Positions 1 to 9,831 are shown, numbered from the stretch's first letter. The stretch: DNA of 24,000 nucleotides from Actinomycetota bacterium (GCA_034666105.1 JAXDMK010000127.1:23839-47838), one strand, 5' to 3'. Translations and numbers: made by a program. The notes: generated by a model from the sequence alone, not told the origin.

Positions 1-262
1 CGGCGGTGGGGTCGAGGACCTTGCCCAGGGTCGACACCTGGTTGTAGCGGCGGGCGATGAACCCGTCGACCCAGTCGGTGCAGCCGAGGACGGCGAGCAG
101 CCACGCCGCCGCCAGCCGGTTGTCGCGGCCGAAGAGGAGCCACAGGAAGAGGGGGACGCACAGCAGGCGGCCGAAGGAGAGCAGGTTGGGGACGGTCCAC
201 ACCCGGCCCAGGTCGGGTGTTGACGCCGGCGGGGGGCCGCCGGAACTGGGCCGTCGGCTCAT
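1..262 (-). CDS. CDP-alcohol phosphatidyltransferase (PgsA / cardiolipin-synthase type), N-terminal part; gene runs off the left edge
   Basis: Reverse-strand ORF absent from the supplied track because it is cut by the window edge. The ATG is at 262..260, with an in-frame TAG 9 nt upstream. The translation MSRRPSSGGPPPASTPDLGRVWTVPNLLSFGRLLCVPLFLWLLFGRDNRLAAAWLLAVLGCTDWVDGFIARRYNQVSTLGKVLDPTA contains the family signature D-G-x2-A-R-x8-G-x3-D (DGFIARRYNQVSTLGKVLD). Confidence 0.8.
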   Translation of the reverse strand, partial: MSRRPSSGGPPPASTPDLGRVWTVPNLLSFGRLLCVPLFLWLLFGRDNRLAAAWLLAVLGCTDWVDGFIARRYNQVSTLGKVLDPTA

Positions 263-317
263 GGTCCGAGGCTACCGGCCAGGTTTGCCCGCCTCCGACC
301 ACGGGGACGCGTGAGGT

Positions 318-506
318 ATGGAACTGCTCGTCGTGCTTCTCATCGTGCTCGCCGCCGTCGCCCTCCTGCGCCGCGGCGGACCCACCTGGTACCGCAGCCG
401 GCCCCGGAGCGTCGTCCACCACGAGGACACGGCCGTGGTCGACGAGGACCTCACCGTCATCGACCAGCCCGTCGTGCGCCGCACCCGGGTCGTCGAGGAC
501 TTCTAA
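318..506 (+). CDS. small hypothetical protein with N-terminal hydrophobic anchor (62 aa)
   Basis: ATG at 318 is preceded by GTGAGG. MELLVVLLIVLAAVALL forms a single TM-like segment followed by an acidic tail. The third-codon position is strongly G/C, as in neighbouring real genes. I recognise no family. Confidence 0.5.
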   Translation: MELLVVLLIVLAAVALLRRGGPTWYRSRPRSVVHHEDTAVVDEDLTVIDQPVVRRTRVVEDF

Positions 507-537
507 CGACACCTCCCGTCGTCCGTTTGGTGCGTCC

Positions 538-582
538 GTAGGGACGTGATCCGGGCGTCGGCGGCCGGATCCACGTCCCTAC
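538..582 (+). terminator. 17/18-bp imperfect inverted repeat (hairpin); possible U-tract-less terminator or protein-binding site
   Basis: GTAGGGACGTGATCCGG (538-554) and CCGGATCCACGTCCCTAC (565-582) are reverse complements apart from one extra base, with a 10-nt spacer. The element lies 32 nt after the stop of the 318-506 ORF and 40 nt before the mobA-like start. No T-run follows it. Confidence 0.35.
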
Positions 583-621
583 CGGCGCTCGAACCGCCGG
601 CGGCGGTAGGTTGCCGCCTGC

Positions 622-1230
622 ATGAGCGACGCGGGCTTGGTGGTCGCGGTCGTGCTCGCCGGCGGCGGCGGGCGGCGTATGGGCGGCGTCGACAAGGCGG
701 GACTGGTCGTCGACGGGCGGACGCTGCTCGATCGCGTGCTCGCCGCCGCCTCGGGGGTGGCCGGGCGCCTGGTGGTGGTCGGGCCGCCACGGACGGTGAG
801 CCTGGAGCGGGCGGTGATCTTCGTCCACGAGGACCCTCCGGGCGGGGGGCCGGTCCCGGCGGTGGCGGCCGCCCTCGACGCCACCGGAGGGGCCCGGGTT
901 GTGCTCGTCTTGGCCGTCGACCTGCCCCTCCTGACGACGGCCGACCTATCACGCCTCGTCGACCGCCTACAGGCCGCGGATCCGTCGGTCGGCGCGGTGG
1001 CGGCCGCCGACCCGGGGGGCCGGCCGAACCCGCTGCTGGCCGCCTACCGGGCCGAGGTGCTCGCCGGAAGCGACGGCCGGCCGGGGCGGGCGGCGAAGGA
1101 TCTCCTGCCCCCGGGCGTGGAGGTCGTCGAACTCGGACCCCGGGCCACCCTCAACGTCAACACGCCGGCCGATCTCGAGCGGGCCTGCACCTGGGGGTTG
1201 GTCGCCGACTCGCCCGACGGCGCGTGCTAG
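622..1230 (+). CDS. mobA: MobA-like NTP transferase (molybdenum cofactor guanylyltransferase family)
   Basis: The N-terminal motif VVLAGGGGRRMGGVDKAGLVVDGRTLLDRVL matches the MobA LAGGxxxRMGxDK nucleotide-binding signature. The length (202 aa) and the C-terminal NVNTPADLE are typical of the family. Confidence 0.75.
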   Translation: MSDAGLVVAVVLAGGGGRRMGGVDKAGLVVDGRTLLDRVLAAASGVAGRLVVVGPPRTVSLERAVIFVHEDPPGGGPVPAVAAALDATGGARVVLVLAVDLPLLTTADLSRLVDRLQAADPSVGAVAAADPGGRPNPLLAAYRAEVLAGSDGRPGRAAKDLLPPGVEVVELGPRATLNVNTPADLERACTWGLVADSPDGAC

Positions 1231-1239
1231 GCCAAGGGC

Positions 1240-1524
1240 ATGCCCGGAAGCTTTGCCGACGACTACGCCGCCGCCCTCGGACGGGCGGCCATCGCCGACA
1301 TCAGCGTCGGGCCGGACGAGGTCGAAACCCTCCTCGACCTGGCCCGCGACGTGGCCCACGGCACCGAGCGCAGGTTCGCCCCCCTCGTGTCGTACCTGGT
1401 CGGCCAGTACGTGGTCGCCCGCACCCGCGACGGCGCCACCCGCCGCCAGGCCCTCGACGAGGCCGTCGACGTGGCCAACCGGCTCCTGGGCGGTTCGGGC
1501 CCCGGCCGGCCGCCCGCCCCTTGA
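1240..1524 (+). CDS. small conserved hypothetical protein (DUF6457-like, commonly follows mobA in actinobacteria)
   Basis: 94-aa ORF starting 9 nt after the mobA-like stop, with AAGGG upstream of the ATG. Coding-type composition. The family assignment is from memory of the mobA-adjacent small protein, not from a search. Confidence 0.55.
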   Translation: MPGSFADDYAAALGRAAIADISVGPDEVETLLDLARDVAHGTERRFAPLVSYLVGQYVVARTRDGATRRQALDEAVDVANRLLGGSGPGRPPAP

Positions 1525-1550
1525 GGCCGCCGACGGGCCACACTGTCGTC

Positions 1551-2051
1551 ATGAGCGTGACCACTGACTTCGAGGCCCGCCGCCAGGAACTGGTCCGGAC
1601 CTATCTCAAGCCGGAATCGGAACGACCGAAGAGCAATGCCAAGGGCGTGCACCACCTGGCCCTGATCTGCAGCGACGTGGAGCAGACCGTCCGCTTCTAC
1701 CAGGACCTGCTCGGGTTCCCGCTGGTGGAGATGTTCGAGAACCGGGACTACCCCGGGTCGACCCATTTCTTCATGGACATCGGCAACGACAACCTGCTCG
1801 CCTTCTTCGACTTCCCCGGCCTCGGCCTGGGTCAGTCCGTCGAGGCCATCGGCGGGGTGCAGCACCTGGCCCTGTCGGTGAGCCAGGAGGCGTTCGACCT
1901 GCTCAAAGCCCGCCTCGACGAGGCCGGCGTCGAGTACCTCGGGCCCGACCGGGGCCTGACCCGGTCGATGTACCTCAAGGACCCCGACGGCATCCAGATC
2001 GAGCTCCTGGCCGAGCCCCTGCGGATCATGGACGACCGCTACCTCGGCTGA
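1551..2051 (+). CDS. VOC / glyoxalase-bleomycin resistance-dioxygenase superfamily protein (166 aa)
   Basis: Only the last 166 codons of track ORF 546..2051 look like real protein. The ATG is at 1551. Paired beta-alpha-beta-beta-beta module motifs are present: GVHHLALICSDVEQTVRFYQDLLGF and GVQHLALSV...YLKDPDGIQIEL. Confidence 0.85.
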   Translation: MSVTTDFEARRQELVRTYLKPESERPKSNAKGVHHLALICSDVEQTVRFYQDLLGFPLVEMFENRDYPGSTHFFMDIGNDNLLAFFDFPGLGLGQSVEAIGGVQHLALSVSQEAFDLLKARLDEAGVEYLGPDRGLTRSMYLKDPDGIQIELLAEPLRIMDDRYLG

Positions 2052-2065
2052 CGCCGGGAAATGGG

Positions 2066-3355
<1,290 letters not shown>

Positions 3356-3416
3356 ATCACCAGAGTGGCGCACTTCTGAGGAGTAGGGCGCCGAGGGACG
3401 GGTACGGTGCCAAAAG

Positions 3417-3851
3417 ATGGACCCGGACCGAGCTCGGAAGCCCACGCCGGGGCGGATGCTTCGCCGTGGGCTCACCAAACGGTGCCCGGTCTGCGGCAGC
3501 GGCCACGTCTTCGACGGCTGGTTCCGGATGAAGGAGCGCTGCCCCCGCTGCGACTACCAGTTCGAACGGGAGGAGGGCTTTTTCCTGGGCGCGTACACGG
3601 TCAACCTGGCCATCTCCGAGGGCCTGCTGCTCCTCGTGGCCATCTTCCCCCTGATCTTCCTCCTCGGCACCAACCGCGACGTGAGCATTTGGCCCATCGT
3701 CGGGATCGGGCTGGTGGCGGCCATCGCCGCCCCCCTCGTCTTCTATCCGTTCTCCCGCACCATCTGGTCGGCCGTCGACCTGGCCCTGCGGCCCCGGGAC
3801 CGACCCGAGCCGGCCGACCGCCACCACCTGCCAGCGAAGACCGACTCATGA
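3417..3851 (+). CDS. DUF983-type zinc-ribbon membrane protein
   Basis: Two CxxC pairs (CPVCGSGHVF...CPRCDYQFERE) are followed by two hydrophobic helices (LLLLVAIFPLIFLL, IVGIGLVAAIAAPLVF). The stop overlaps the kinase start (ATGA at 3848-3851). The start could instead be the Met at 3456. Confidence 0.7.
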   Translation: MDPDRARKPTPGRMLRRGLTKRCPVCGSGHVFDGWFRMKERCPRCDYQFEREEGFFLGAYTVNLAISEGLLLLVAIFPLIFLLGTNRDVSIWPIVGIGLVAAIAAPLVFYPFSRTIWSAVDLALRPRDRPEPADRHHLPAKTDS

Positions 3852-5425
3852 CCGAGCAGGTGCTCGGCGGCCGCTATCGCATCGTCAGCCACGTGGCCAA
3901 GGGCGGTATGGCCGAGGTCTACCTGGGCCACGACCAGCTCCTCGACCGGCCGGTGGCGATCAAGGTGCTCGTCCCCGACCTGGCCCCCGACGCCACCTTC
4001 GTGGAGCGCTTCCGCCGGGAGGCCCAGGCCGCGGCCGGGCTCAACCACCACAACGTGGTGTCCGTCTACGACTTCGGCCAGGACGACGGGGCGTACTACA
4101 TCGTCATGGAGTACGTCGACGGGCCGACGCTGCGCGACATCATCCGCAGCGAGGGACCGATGGCGCCGGCCAGGGTGATCGAGGTCGGGGCCGAGATCGC
4201 GGCCGGGCTGGCCGCGGCCCACCAGCGCGACCTCCTCCACCGGGACATGAAACCGGCCAACGTCCTGATGACGGCGTCGGGAAACGTCAAGGTGGCCGAC
4301 TTCGGCATCGCCCGGGCCGCCCACTCCGCCCGGGAGGGACTCACCATGCCGGGGGCGGTGGTGGGCACCGCCACCTACCTGTCGCCCGAGCAGGCCATGG
4401 GCGAGCCCCTCGACCAGCGCTCGGACGTGTACTCGCTGGGGATGGTGCTCTACGAGATGCTGGCCGGCCGGGCCCCGTTTTCCGGCGACACGCCGGTGGC
4501 GGTGGCGTACAAGCAGGTCAACGAGGTGCCTCCGCCCCCGTCGGTCTACAACCCCGACGTCCCGCCTGCGCTCGACGGCATCGTCATGCGGGCCCTGGCC
4601 AAGCGGGCGGCCGACCGCCAGCAGTCGGCCGAGGCCCTGCGGGCGGAGCTCCTCGACGTGCAGTTCGGCGCCGCCGGGTCCGACGCCACGGTGGTCGCGG
4701 CCGGGGCCGCGGGCGGGGCTGCGGGGGGGACCGCCCTGGTCGACGCCACCGCCACCGCCGTCGTGGCCGGACCGGCCACCTCCATGATGCCGCCGCCGAC
4801 GGGTGTCGACATGGGCGCCCCGGTGGGCCCGCCGCCCCGGCCGATGGGGCCGGCGCCTTCCCCCTACGGGCGCCGCCGGCTGACGGCGGTGGTGCTGGTC
4901 CTCCTGGCCGCGGTGGCCGCCATCGCCCTGATCAGCACCCTCGGGGGCGACGACAAGAAGGCGGAGCCGGTGACGGTGCCGTCGGTGGTCGGCTTCGACG
5001 TCAACGACGCGGTGGCCGAGATCAACCGGGTCGGCCTCAAGCCCCACACCGAGACCAAGAAGGAGCTCGACGGTGCGATCGACACCATCGTCGAGCAGGA
5101 TCCGGTCGGAGGGGCCACGGCCAAGAAGGGCGACACGGTGAAGCTCTTCCTCCCCCTGGGCAGCTCGGAGACCAGCATCACCACCACCCCCACCACCGCG
5201 CCCACGACCACCGACGCGCCCGCCACCACCCAGTCCCCCCAGACCACCCAGGCCACGGCCCCGGCCACCACCGCGGCCACGGTCGTCACCATCCCTCCCA
5301 CCACCGCCCCGCAGGTGACGGCACCGCCCACCACCGGCGCCACCGTCACCAGCGTCGTCTTGTCGGTCCCGGCACCGCCGCCGCAGCAATCGGCGTCGGG
5401 ACCACCGGGGCGAGGCCGCGACTAG
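3848..5425 (+). CDS. transmembrane Ser/Thr protein kinase with one extracellular PASTA domain and a Thr/Pro-rich tail (PknB-like)
   Basis: Hanks kinase motifs are present: [39 protein letters not shown] single TM segment follows ([21 protein letters not shown], about 4873-4945). One PASTA-like unit ([25 protein letters not shown]...GDTVKLFL) spans about 4970-5160. A T/P/A low-complexity tail spans 5161-5400. I chose the ATG at 3848, not the track start at 3407. Confidence 0.9.
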   Translation: MTEQVLGGRYRIVSHVAKGGMAEVYLGHDQLLDRPVAIKVLVPDLAPDATFVERFRREAQAAAGLNHHNVVSVYDFGQDDGAYYIVMEYVDGPTLRDIIRSEGPMAPARVIEVGAEIAAGLAAAHQRDLLHRDMKPANVLMTASGNVKVADFGIARAAHSAREGLTMPGAVVGTATYLSPEQAMGEPLDQRSDVYSLGMVLYEMLAGRAPFSGDTPVAVAYKQVNEVPPPPSVYNPDVPPALDGIVMRALAKRAADRQQSAEALRAELLDVQFGAAGSDATVVAAGAAGGAAGGTALVDATATAVVAGPATSMMPPPTGVDMGAPVGPPPRPMGPAPSPYGRRRLTAVVLVLLAAVAAIALISTLGGDDKKAEPVTVPSVVGFDVNDAVAEINRVGLKPHTETKKELDGAIDTIVEQDPVGGATAKKGDTVKLFLPLGSSETSITTTPTTAPTTTDAPATTQSPQTTQATAPATTAATVVTIPPTTAPQVTAPPTTGATVTSVVLSVPAPPPQQSASGPPGRGRD

Positions 5426-5449
5426 CCCGCGGCCGGCGGTTGCACCTCG

Positions 5450-5683
5450 TCACCGGCCGCCGTCGTCGAACGTGAGCAGGTCGCCCGGCTGGCAATCCAG
5501 CTCGGCGCACAGGCCGGCGAGGGTGGAGAAGCGGATGGCTCGGGCCTTGCCCGTCTTGAGGATCGACAGGTTGGCCAGGGTGAGCCCGACCCGGTCGGCC
5601 AGCTCGGTGAGGGTCATCCCCCGGGCCTGAAGGAGGGCGTCGAGGTGCACCGAGATGGCGGTGACGTCGGCATCGGAGGGCAT
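5450..5683 (-). CDS. XRE/Cro-type helix-turn-helix transcriptional regulator (YozG-like, 77 aa)
   Basis: The HTH segment is MTLTELADRVGLTLANLSILKTGKARAIRFSTLAGLCAELDCQPGDLL, typical of short YozG-like regulators. The gene begins 1 nt after the stop of the upstream DUF2975-like gene. Confidence 0.85.
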   Translation of the reverse strand: MPSDADVTAISVHLDALLQARGMTLTELADRVGLTLANLSILKTGKARAIRFSTLAGLCAELDCQPGDLLTFDDGGR

Positions 5684-5684
5684 G

Positions 5685-6260
5685 TCAGACGGTGAGCTGC
5701 TGCTCGTCGCGCATGTCGACGCCCCGCTGCCAGATGGCGGCCAGGGCGTACAGCACCACCACCCACACCAGCGGGTCGAACGAGATGTTCAACGGGTGGG
5801 CCTGGTGGAGGCGGAGATGGTCCTGGACGGCCATGCCGACCATGGACTGGGCGATGGTGGCCACCCAGAACCCGACGGCCAGTCCCCCCAGCACCCGGAT
5901 GCGGCGGACGTTGGCCGCCACGAACGGGTCGCCGGCGCCGGCGCTGGCCACGATCTGGTGCAGCATCCACGCCCCCCACAGCACCAGCAGGCTGGTCGCC
6001 GGTCCCACCAGCCACCACGCCAGCCGGTAGCCGAGCTCGGCGTGGCCGCTCACCACCGCCTGGGCGCTGTCGACGGTCACCCCCGCCGCCAGCAGGTCCC
6101 GGACCTGGTCCTTCGGGAGGGCGACGGCGATGCCGCCCAGCGCGTTCGAGGTCACCGCCACCAGCAGGGTCAGTCCCGCCACCAGTCCGGCCAGCAACAT
6201 GGTCAGGAGCAGCGCCCCGTCGGCCACCGCCAGCCACGATCGATCCTTCAGCCGCACCAT
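5685..6260 (-). CDS. DUF2975-like polytopic membrane protein (191 aa)
   Basis: Four to five hydrophobic segments. There is a strong RBS (AAGGAGG) 6 nt upstream of the ATG at 6260. Pairing of a membrane protein with a short HTH regulator is the known DUF2975/YozG arrangement (assignment from memory). Confidence 0.65.
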   Translation of the reverse strand: MVRLKDRSWLAVADGALLLTMLLAGLVAGLTLLVAVTSNALGGIAVALPKDQVRDLLAAGVTVDSAQAVVSGHAELGYRLAWWLVGPATSLLVLWGAWMLHQIVASAGAGDPFVAANVRRIRVLGGLAVGFWVATIAQSMVGMAVQDHLRLHQAHPLNISFDPLVWVVVLYALAAIWQRGVDMRDEQQLTV

Positions 6261-6283
6261 GGCGGTCCTCCTTGGTCGCTGTC

Positions 6284-6316
6284 TTATTGATCAACGATAA
6301 CATCGTTTATCGATAT
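6284..6316. promoter_or_regulatory. AT-rich cluster of palindromes in a divergent promoter region (candidate operator plus -10 elements)
   Basis: In a GC-rich background, 6284-6316 reads TTATTGATCAACGATAACATCGTTTATCGATAT. It contains TTGATCAA (6287-6294), AACGAT-aac-ATCGTT (6293-6307) and TATCGATA (6308-6315). TANNNT-type boxes occur on both strands: TAACAT on + and TATCGT on -. Confidence 0.45.
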
Positions 6317-6351
6317 CCGCAAGGGCGCTTCCCGGGAACCGGCGAGGGAGA

Positions 6352-7530
6352 ATGTCATCGATGGCCACTCCCGAGCAGGCGACGGCGGCCCTGGCCGCGG
6401 TGAGCGAGGCCGTGCTGGGGGTGGCGGGCGACCTGTCGGTGGCCACCGTCCTCCAACGGCTGGCGGCCGCGGCCCAGGCCCTGGCCGACGCCCGCTACGC
6501 GGCCATCGGCGTCCCCGACGATGACGGCGACGGCTTCGCCCAGTTCATCCACGTGGGCATGAGCGACGAGCTGGTGGAGGCCATCGGGCCCCTGCCCAAG
6601 ACCCACGGCCTGCTCGGCTCGATGCTGCTCGACCCCATCCCCTACCGCACCGACGACGTGCGGGCCGACCCCCGGTTCAGCTGGTGGCCGGCGGCCCATC
6701 CCCGGATGCGGTCGTTCCTGGGCGTCCCCATCGTGTTCAAGGGCGACGTGGTGGGCGCCTTCTACCTGGCCGACAAGGAGGGCGGCGGCCGGTTCACCGA
6801 CGACGACGAGTCGCTCATCGGCCTGCTGGCGGCCCACGCCGCCATCGCCATCGAGAACGCCCGCCTCTACGAGAAGAGCCGGGAGCTGAGCATGGTGGAG
6901 GAACGGAACCGCATCGCCCTGGAGCTGCACGACGCCACTGCCCAGACCCTGTTCGGCATCCGCCTGGCGGCCGACACCGCCCTCGGCCTGCTGACCACCG
7001 ACCCCGACCGGGCCGCAGCCGAGCTGGCCACCGTCCGGGACCTGGCCGGCACCGCCGCCGGCGAGCTGCGCTCGTTGATCTTCGCCCTGCGCCCGCCCGC
7101 CCTCGACGCCGACGGGCTCCTGCCCGCCCTGGGCAAGCACCTCGATCTCCTCGGCCGCACCCACAAGCTGGCGGTCGCCCTCCACCCCCCGGGGGACGGG
7201 CTCGACGGGCTGCCGGCCGACGTCGAGGCCGACCTCTACCGGGTGGCCCAGGAGGCGCTCACCAACGTGGTCCGCCACGCGTCGGCCACGTCGGTGACAG
7301 TGACGGTCTCGGTGACCACGGGTCCCGACGGCACCCTCACCCTCACCGTCGCCGACGACGGGACCGGCTTCGACCCCGGCGCCCGCAGCATCCGGGCCCA
7401 CCGCCTCGGGCTGACGTCGATGGCGGTCCGCACCGCCCGCCACGGGGGGACGACCCGGGTGGAGTCGGCCCCCGGCCGGGGCACCACCGTCACCGCCGAG
7501 GTTCCCCGTTCGTGGATCCGGCAGCCGTGA
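6352..7530 (+). CDS. GAF-domain sensor histidine kinase (HisKA_3 / NarX-DegS class), cytoplasmic
   Basis: The N-terminal region of about 170 aa is GAF-like (YAAIGV...FLGVPIVFKGDVVGAFYLADK). The H-box is EERNRIALELHDATAQTLFGI. The ATPase motifs are QEALTNVVRHA (N), DDGTGFD (G1) and GLTSMAVRTARHGG (G2). I saw no TM segments. Confidence 0.9.
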   Translation: MSSMATPEQATAALAAVSEAVLGVAGDLSVATVLQRLAAAAQALADARYAAIGVPDDDGDGFAQFIHVGMSDELVEAIGPLPKTHGLLGSMLLDPIPYRTDDVRADPRFSWWPAAHPRMRSFLGVPIVFKGDVVGAFYLADKEGGGRFTDDDESLIGLLAAHAAIAIENARLYEKSRELSMVEERNRIALELHDATAQTLFGIRLAADTALGLLTTDPDRAAAELATVRDLAGTAAGELRSLIFALRPPALDADGLLPALGKHLDLLGRTHKLAVALHPPGDGLDGLPADVEADLYRVAQEALTNVVRHASATSVTVTVSVTTGPDGTLTLTVADDGTGFDPGARSIRAHRLGLTSMAVRTARHGGTTRVESAPGRGTTVTAEVPRSWIRQP

Positions 7531-8171
7531 TCCGGGTGCTGGTGGTCGACGACCACCCCATCGTGCGCCAGGGACTGCGGTCGTACCTCTCCCGCCGGGA
7601 GGGAATCGAGGTGGTGGGCGACGCCGGCGACGGGGAGTCGGCCGTGGCCCTCACCGCCGACCTGCGGCCGGACGTGGTGCTCATGGACCTGGCCATGCCG
7701 GGCATGGGCGGGCTGGCCGCCATCCGGGAGGTCGTCGCCCTCGAGCTGGGGGCACGCATCCTGGTCCTGACCAGCTTCTCCTCGGAGGACCAGGTGCTGC
7801 CGGCCATCCAGGCCGGCGCCGCCGGCTACCTGCTCAAGGACGCCTCGCCGGAGGAGGTCGAGAGCGCCATCCGGGCCGTCCACGCCGGCGAGGGCCGCCT
7901 CGACCCGTCCCTGGCGGCGGTGGTGATGGCCGCGGCCGCCGGCCGGACCCGCACCGACGAGGACGAGGGCCTGGCCCGGCTCACACCCCGGGAGACCGAG
8001 GTCCTCCGCCTGCTGGGCCAGGGGCTGTCCAACCGGGCCCTGGCCGAGCGCCTGTTCGTGTCGGAGAAGACGGTGAAGACCCACGTCAGCAGCATCCTGG
8101 CCAAGCTCGAGCTGGCCGACCGCACCCAGGCCGCCCTGTTCGCCGTCCACCACGGCCTGGTCGAGGACTGA
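7527..8171 (+). CDS. NarL/LuxR-family response regulator (REC + HTH)
   Basis: The GTG start at 7527 overlaps the kinase stop (GTGA). The REC domain includes VLVVDDHPIVRQGL and VVLMDLAMPGMGG. The LuxR HTH is LTPRETEVLRLLGQGLSNRALAERLFVSEKTVKTHVSSILAKL. Confidence 0.9.
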   Translation: MIRVLVVDDHPIVRQGLRSYLSRREGIEVVGDAGDGESAVALTADLRPDVVLMDLAMPGMGGLAAIREVVALELGARILVLTSFSSEDQVLPAIQAGAAGYLLKDASPEEVESAIRAVHAGEGRLDPSLAAVVMAAAAGRTRTDEDEGLARLTPRETEVLRLLGQGLSNRALAERLFVSEKTVKTHVSSILAKLELADRTQAALFAVHHGLVED

Positions 8172-8257
8172 GGCCCCCCTACTCGGCCGGCACGATCTGC
8201 GCCGAACCTTCACCTCGCACCAACCACTCCTCCACTCGCCGTCCGTACCGTGGCGAC

Positions 8258-9088
8258 ATGGGCTGCGGGCGGGTGCGGGGGTTGGTGATCACGGCCGGCC
8301 TGCTCGCCCTCGCCGGCTCGTGGGTGGCGTCGGCCCGGCTCGACGCCCGCTTCCGGAACCCGGACGGGATCCCCATCAGCCACCCCCGTCTCGAACCGGT
8401 GAGCGGGGTGTCGTTCGATTTCTTCACGTCCCGCAGCCCCGACGGCACCTTCTCGACGGTCCTCCGCCAGACGCTCTACGCCTCGCCGGCCGACGTCACG
8501 TTGCTCGTGGTCGACGCCGGCAGTGGCGACGTCGTCGGACGGTTCCCAAGTCCCCGGTCCGGTGGCCGGCTGGACGACATCGGCTGGCGGGACGCGAGCA
8601 CGCTCTGGGTCAGCGTCGTCGAGTTCCCCGCCACCTGCGTGGCCGCCGCCGTCGCATCCCCGCCGGCATGGGAATTCGTCCCCGACGACTGCGGGAACCG
8701 GCCCGCGGACGCGGGGGCGACCAGGCTGCCGCTCCGGGCGCCCTCGCCCGACGGACTCCTGACGGCCTCCGCCCGCGACGACCGTTCCGGACCCTGGGAT
8801 TTCGGGGATGGCGCCCCGCCGGTGCCCGACGTGCGCATCGACGACCGCGACGGCCGCTTCCTCGCCCAGCTGGGGAACCTCACGCTCGGGGGCTGGACGC
8901 GGGACGGGACGCTGATCGTCATCTCCGACTCGGACCGTCGCACCTACGCCATCTCCCGGGCCGAGATCGACCGGATCGTCGCCGGCGGGCCCCGGTGGAA
9001 GGGCCCGTCTAGGACTTTGGGCGGAGGCGGAAACCGGTCCGCCGCCCGATGCGCACCGGGGGCCTCGTCGGTCATCGTCGAGGCATGA
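8258..9088 (+). CDS. hypothetical exported/membrane-anchored protein (276 aa)
   Basis: The N-terminus MGCGRVRGLVITAGLLALAGSWVASA resembles a signal peptide or anchor. The body is rich in D/G/S/W with recurring SPDG/RDG turns (possibly a beta-propeller). The stop overlaps the SDR start (ATGA at 9085-9088). I recognise no family. Confidence 0.5.
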   Translation: MGCGRVRGLVITAGLLALAGSWVASARLDARFRNPDGIPISHPRLEPVSGVSFDFFTSRSPDGTFSTVLRQTLYASPADVTLLVVDAGSGDVVGRFPSPRSGGRLDDIGWRDASTLWVSVVEFPATCVAAAVASPPAWEFVPDDCGNRPADAGATRLPLRAPSPDGLLTASARDDRSGPWDFGDGAPPVPDVRIDDRDGRFLAQLGNLTLGGWTRDGTLIVISDSDRRTYAISRAEIDRIVAGGPRWKGPSRTLGGGGNRSAARCAPGASSVIVEA

Positions 9089-9831
9089 CAACCAACAACG
9101 GACACCAAACGGTCGCCCTCGTCACCGGCGCCTCCCGGGGCCTCGGCCTGGCCCTGGCCCGGGCCCTCGCCGCCGACGGGTGGGCCCTCGTGATCGACGC
9201 TCGCGGCGGCGCCGCGCTCCGGGCCGCGGCCCGTGAGCTCTCCGACGTCACCATCGTGCGGGCCGTGGCCGGCGACATCGCCGACGAGACCCACCGGCGG
9301 GACCTGATCAAGGCCGTCCACGACCTGGGCGGCCTCGACGCCATCGTCCACAACGCCAGCGTCCTCGGCCCCAGCCCCCAGCCGGCGCTGGCCGACTACC
9401 CCCTGGCCGTCCTCGAGTACGTCTACGCGGCCAACGTCTTCGGGCCCCTGCGCCTCACCCAACTGGCCCTCCCCGAGCTCCGGGCGGGCGCGGCCGTGGT
9501 CGCCATCACCTCCGACGCCGCCGTCGAGGCCTACGGCGGATGGGGCGGCTACGGGTCGTCGAAAGCGGCTTTGGAGCAGCTCACGAACATCCTCGCCTCC
9601 GAGAACCCCTACCTGCGGGTGTACCGGGTCGACCCCGGCGACATGAACACCCGACTCCAGGCCGAGGCCTTTCCCGGCGAGGACGTCTCCGACCGGCCGC
9701 CGCCCGAGGCCAGCGTGCCCGGGCTGATGCGCATCATCACCGGCACCCTCCCCGGCGGCCGCTACCAGGCCCGCGACCTGGCCCCGGTCACCGCGGCCGC
9801 GGCCCCGGTCGCGGTGGCGGCGACGGGATGA
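9085..9831 (+). CDS. short-chain dehydrogenase/reductase (classical SDR; sepiapterin-reductase-like by eye)
   Basis: The cofactor motif VTGASRGLG and the catalytic YGSSKAAL are present. I chose the start at the internal ATG 9085 (MTTNNGHQTVALVTG), which has GAGG upstream and an ATGA overlap with the preceding gene. Confidence 0.9.
   Translation: MTTNNGHQTVALVTGASRGLGLALARALAADGWALVIDARGGAALRAAARELSDVTIVRAVAGDIADETHRRDLIKAVHDLGGLDAIVHNASVLGPSPQPALADYPLAVLEYVYAANVFGPLRLTQLALPELRAGAAVVAITSDAAVEAYGGWGGYGSSKAALEQLTNILASENPYLRVYRVDPGDMNTRLQAEAFPGEDVSDRPPPEASVPGLMRIITGTLPGGRYQARDLAPVTAAAAPVAVAATG

Noticed and set aside
507-621. Moco riboswitch upstream of the mobA-like gene
   Set aside because: The region is shorter than the Moco motif, and I could not recognise its conserved blocks. 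Only a simple long hairpin is evident. It is left as an unexplained inverted repeat.
546-2051. 501-aa + strand ORF spanning mobA-like, DUF6457-like and VOC regions
   Set aside because: The first about 335 codons are Arg/Gly/Pro-rich shadow sequence in the wrong frame relative to two well-supported genes. Only the last 166 codons (from the ATG at 1551) have protein-like composition and VOC motifs.
3407-5425. 672-aa version of the kinase ORF, and the 470-aa version of the thiolase ORF (2066..3478)
   Set aside because: The N-terminal extensions are Arg/Pro-rich and overlap the DUF983 gene. Canonical family N-termini begin at 3848 (kinase) and 3355 (thiolase).
6352-8171. Naming the GAF kinase / NarL regulator pair DosS(DevS)/DosR
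   Set aside because: Only one GAF domain is apparent and no haem-binding residues can be asserted by eye. The architecture alone is shared by many HisKA_3 systems, so no gene symbol was assigned.
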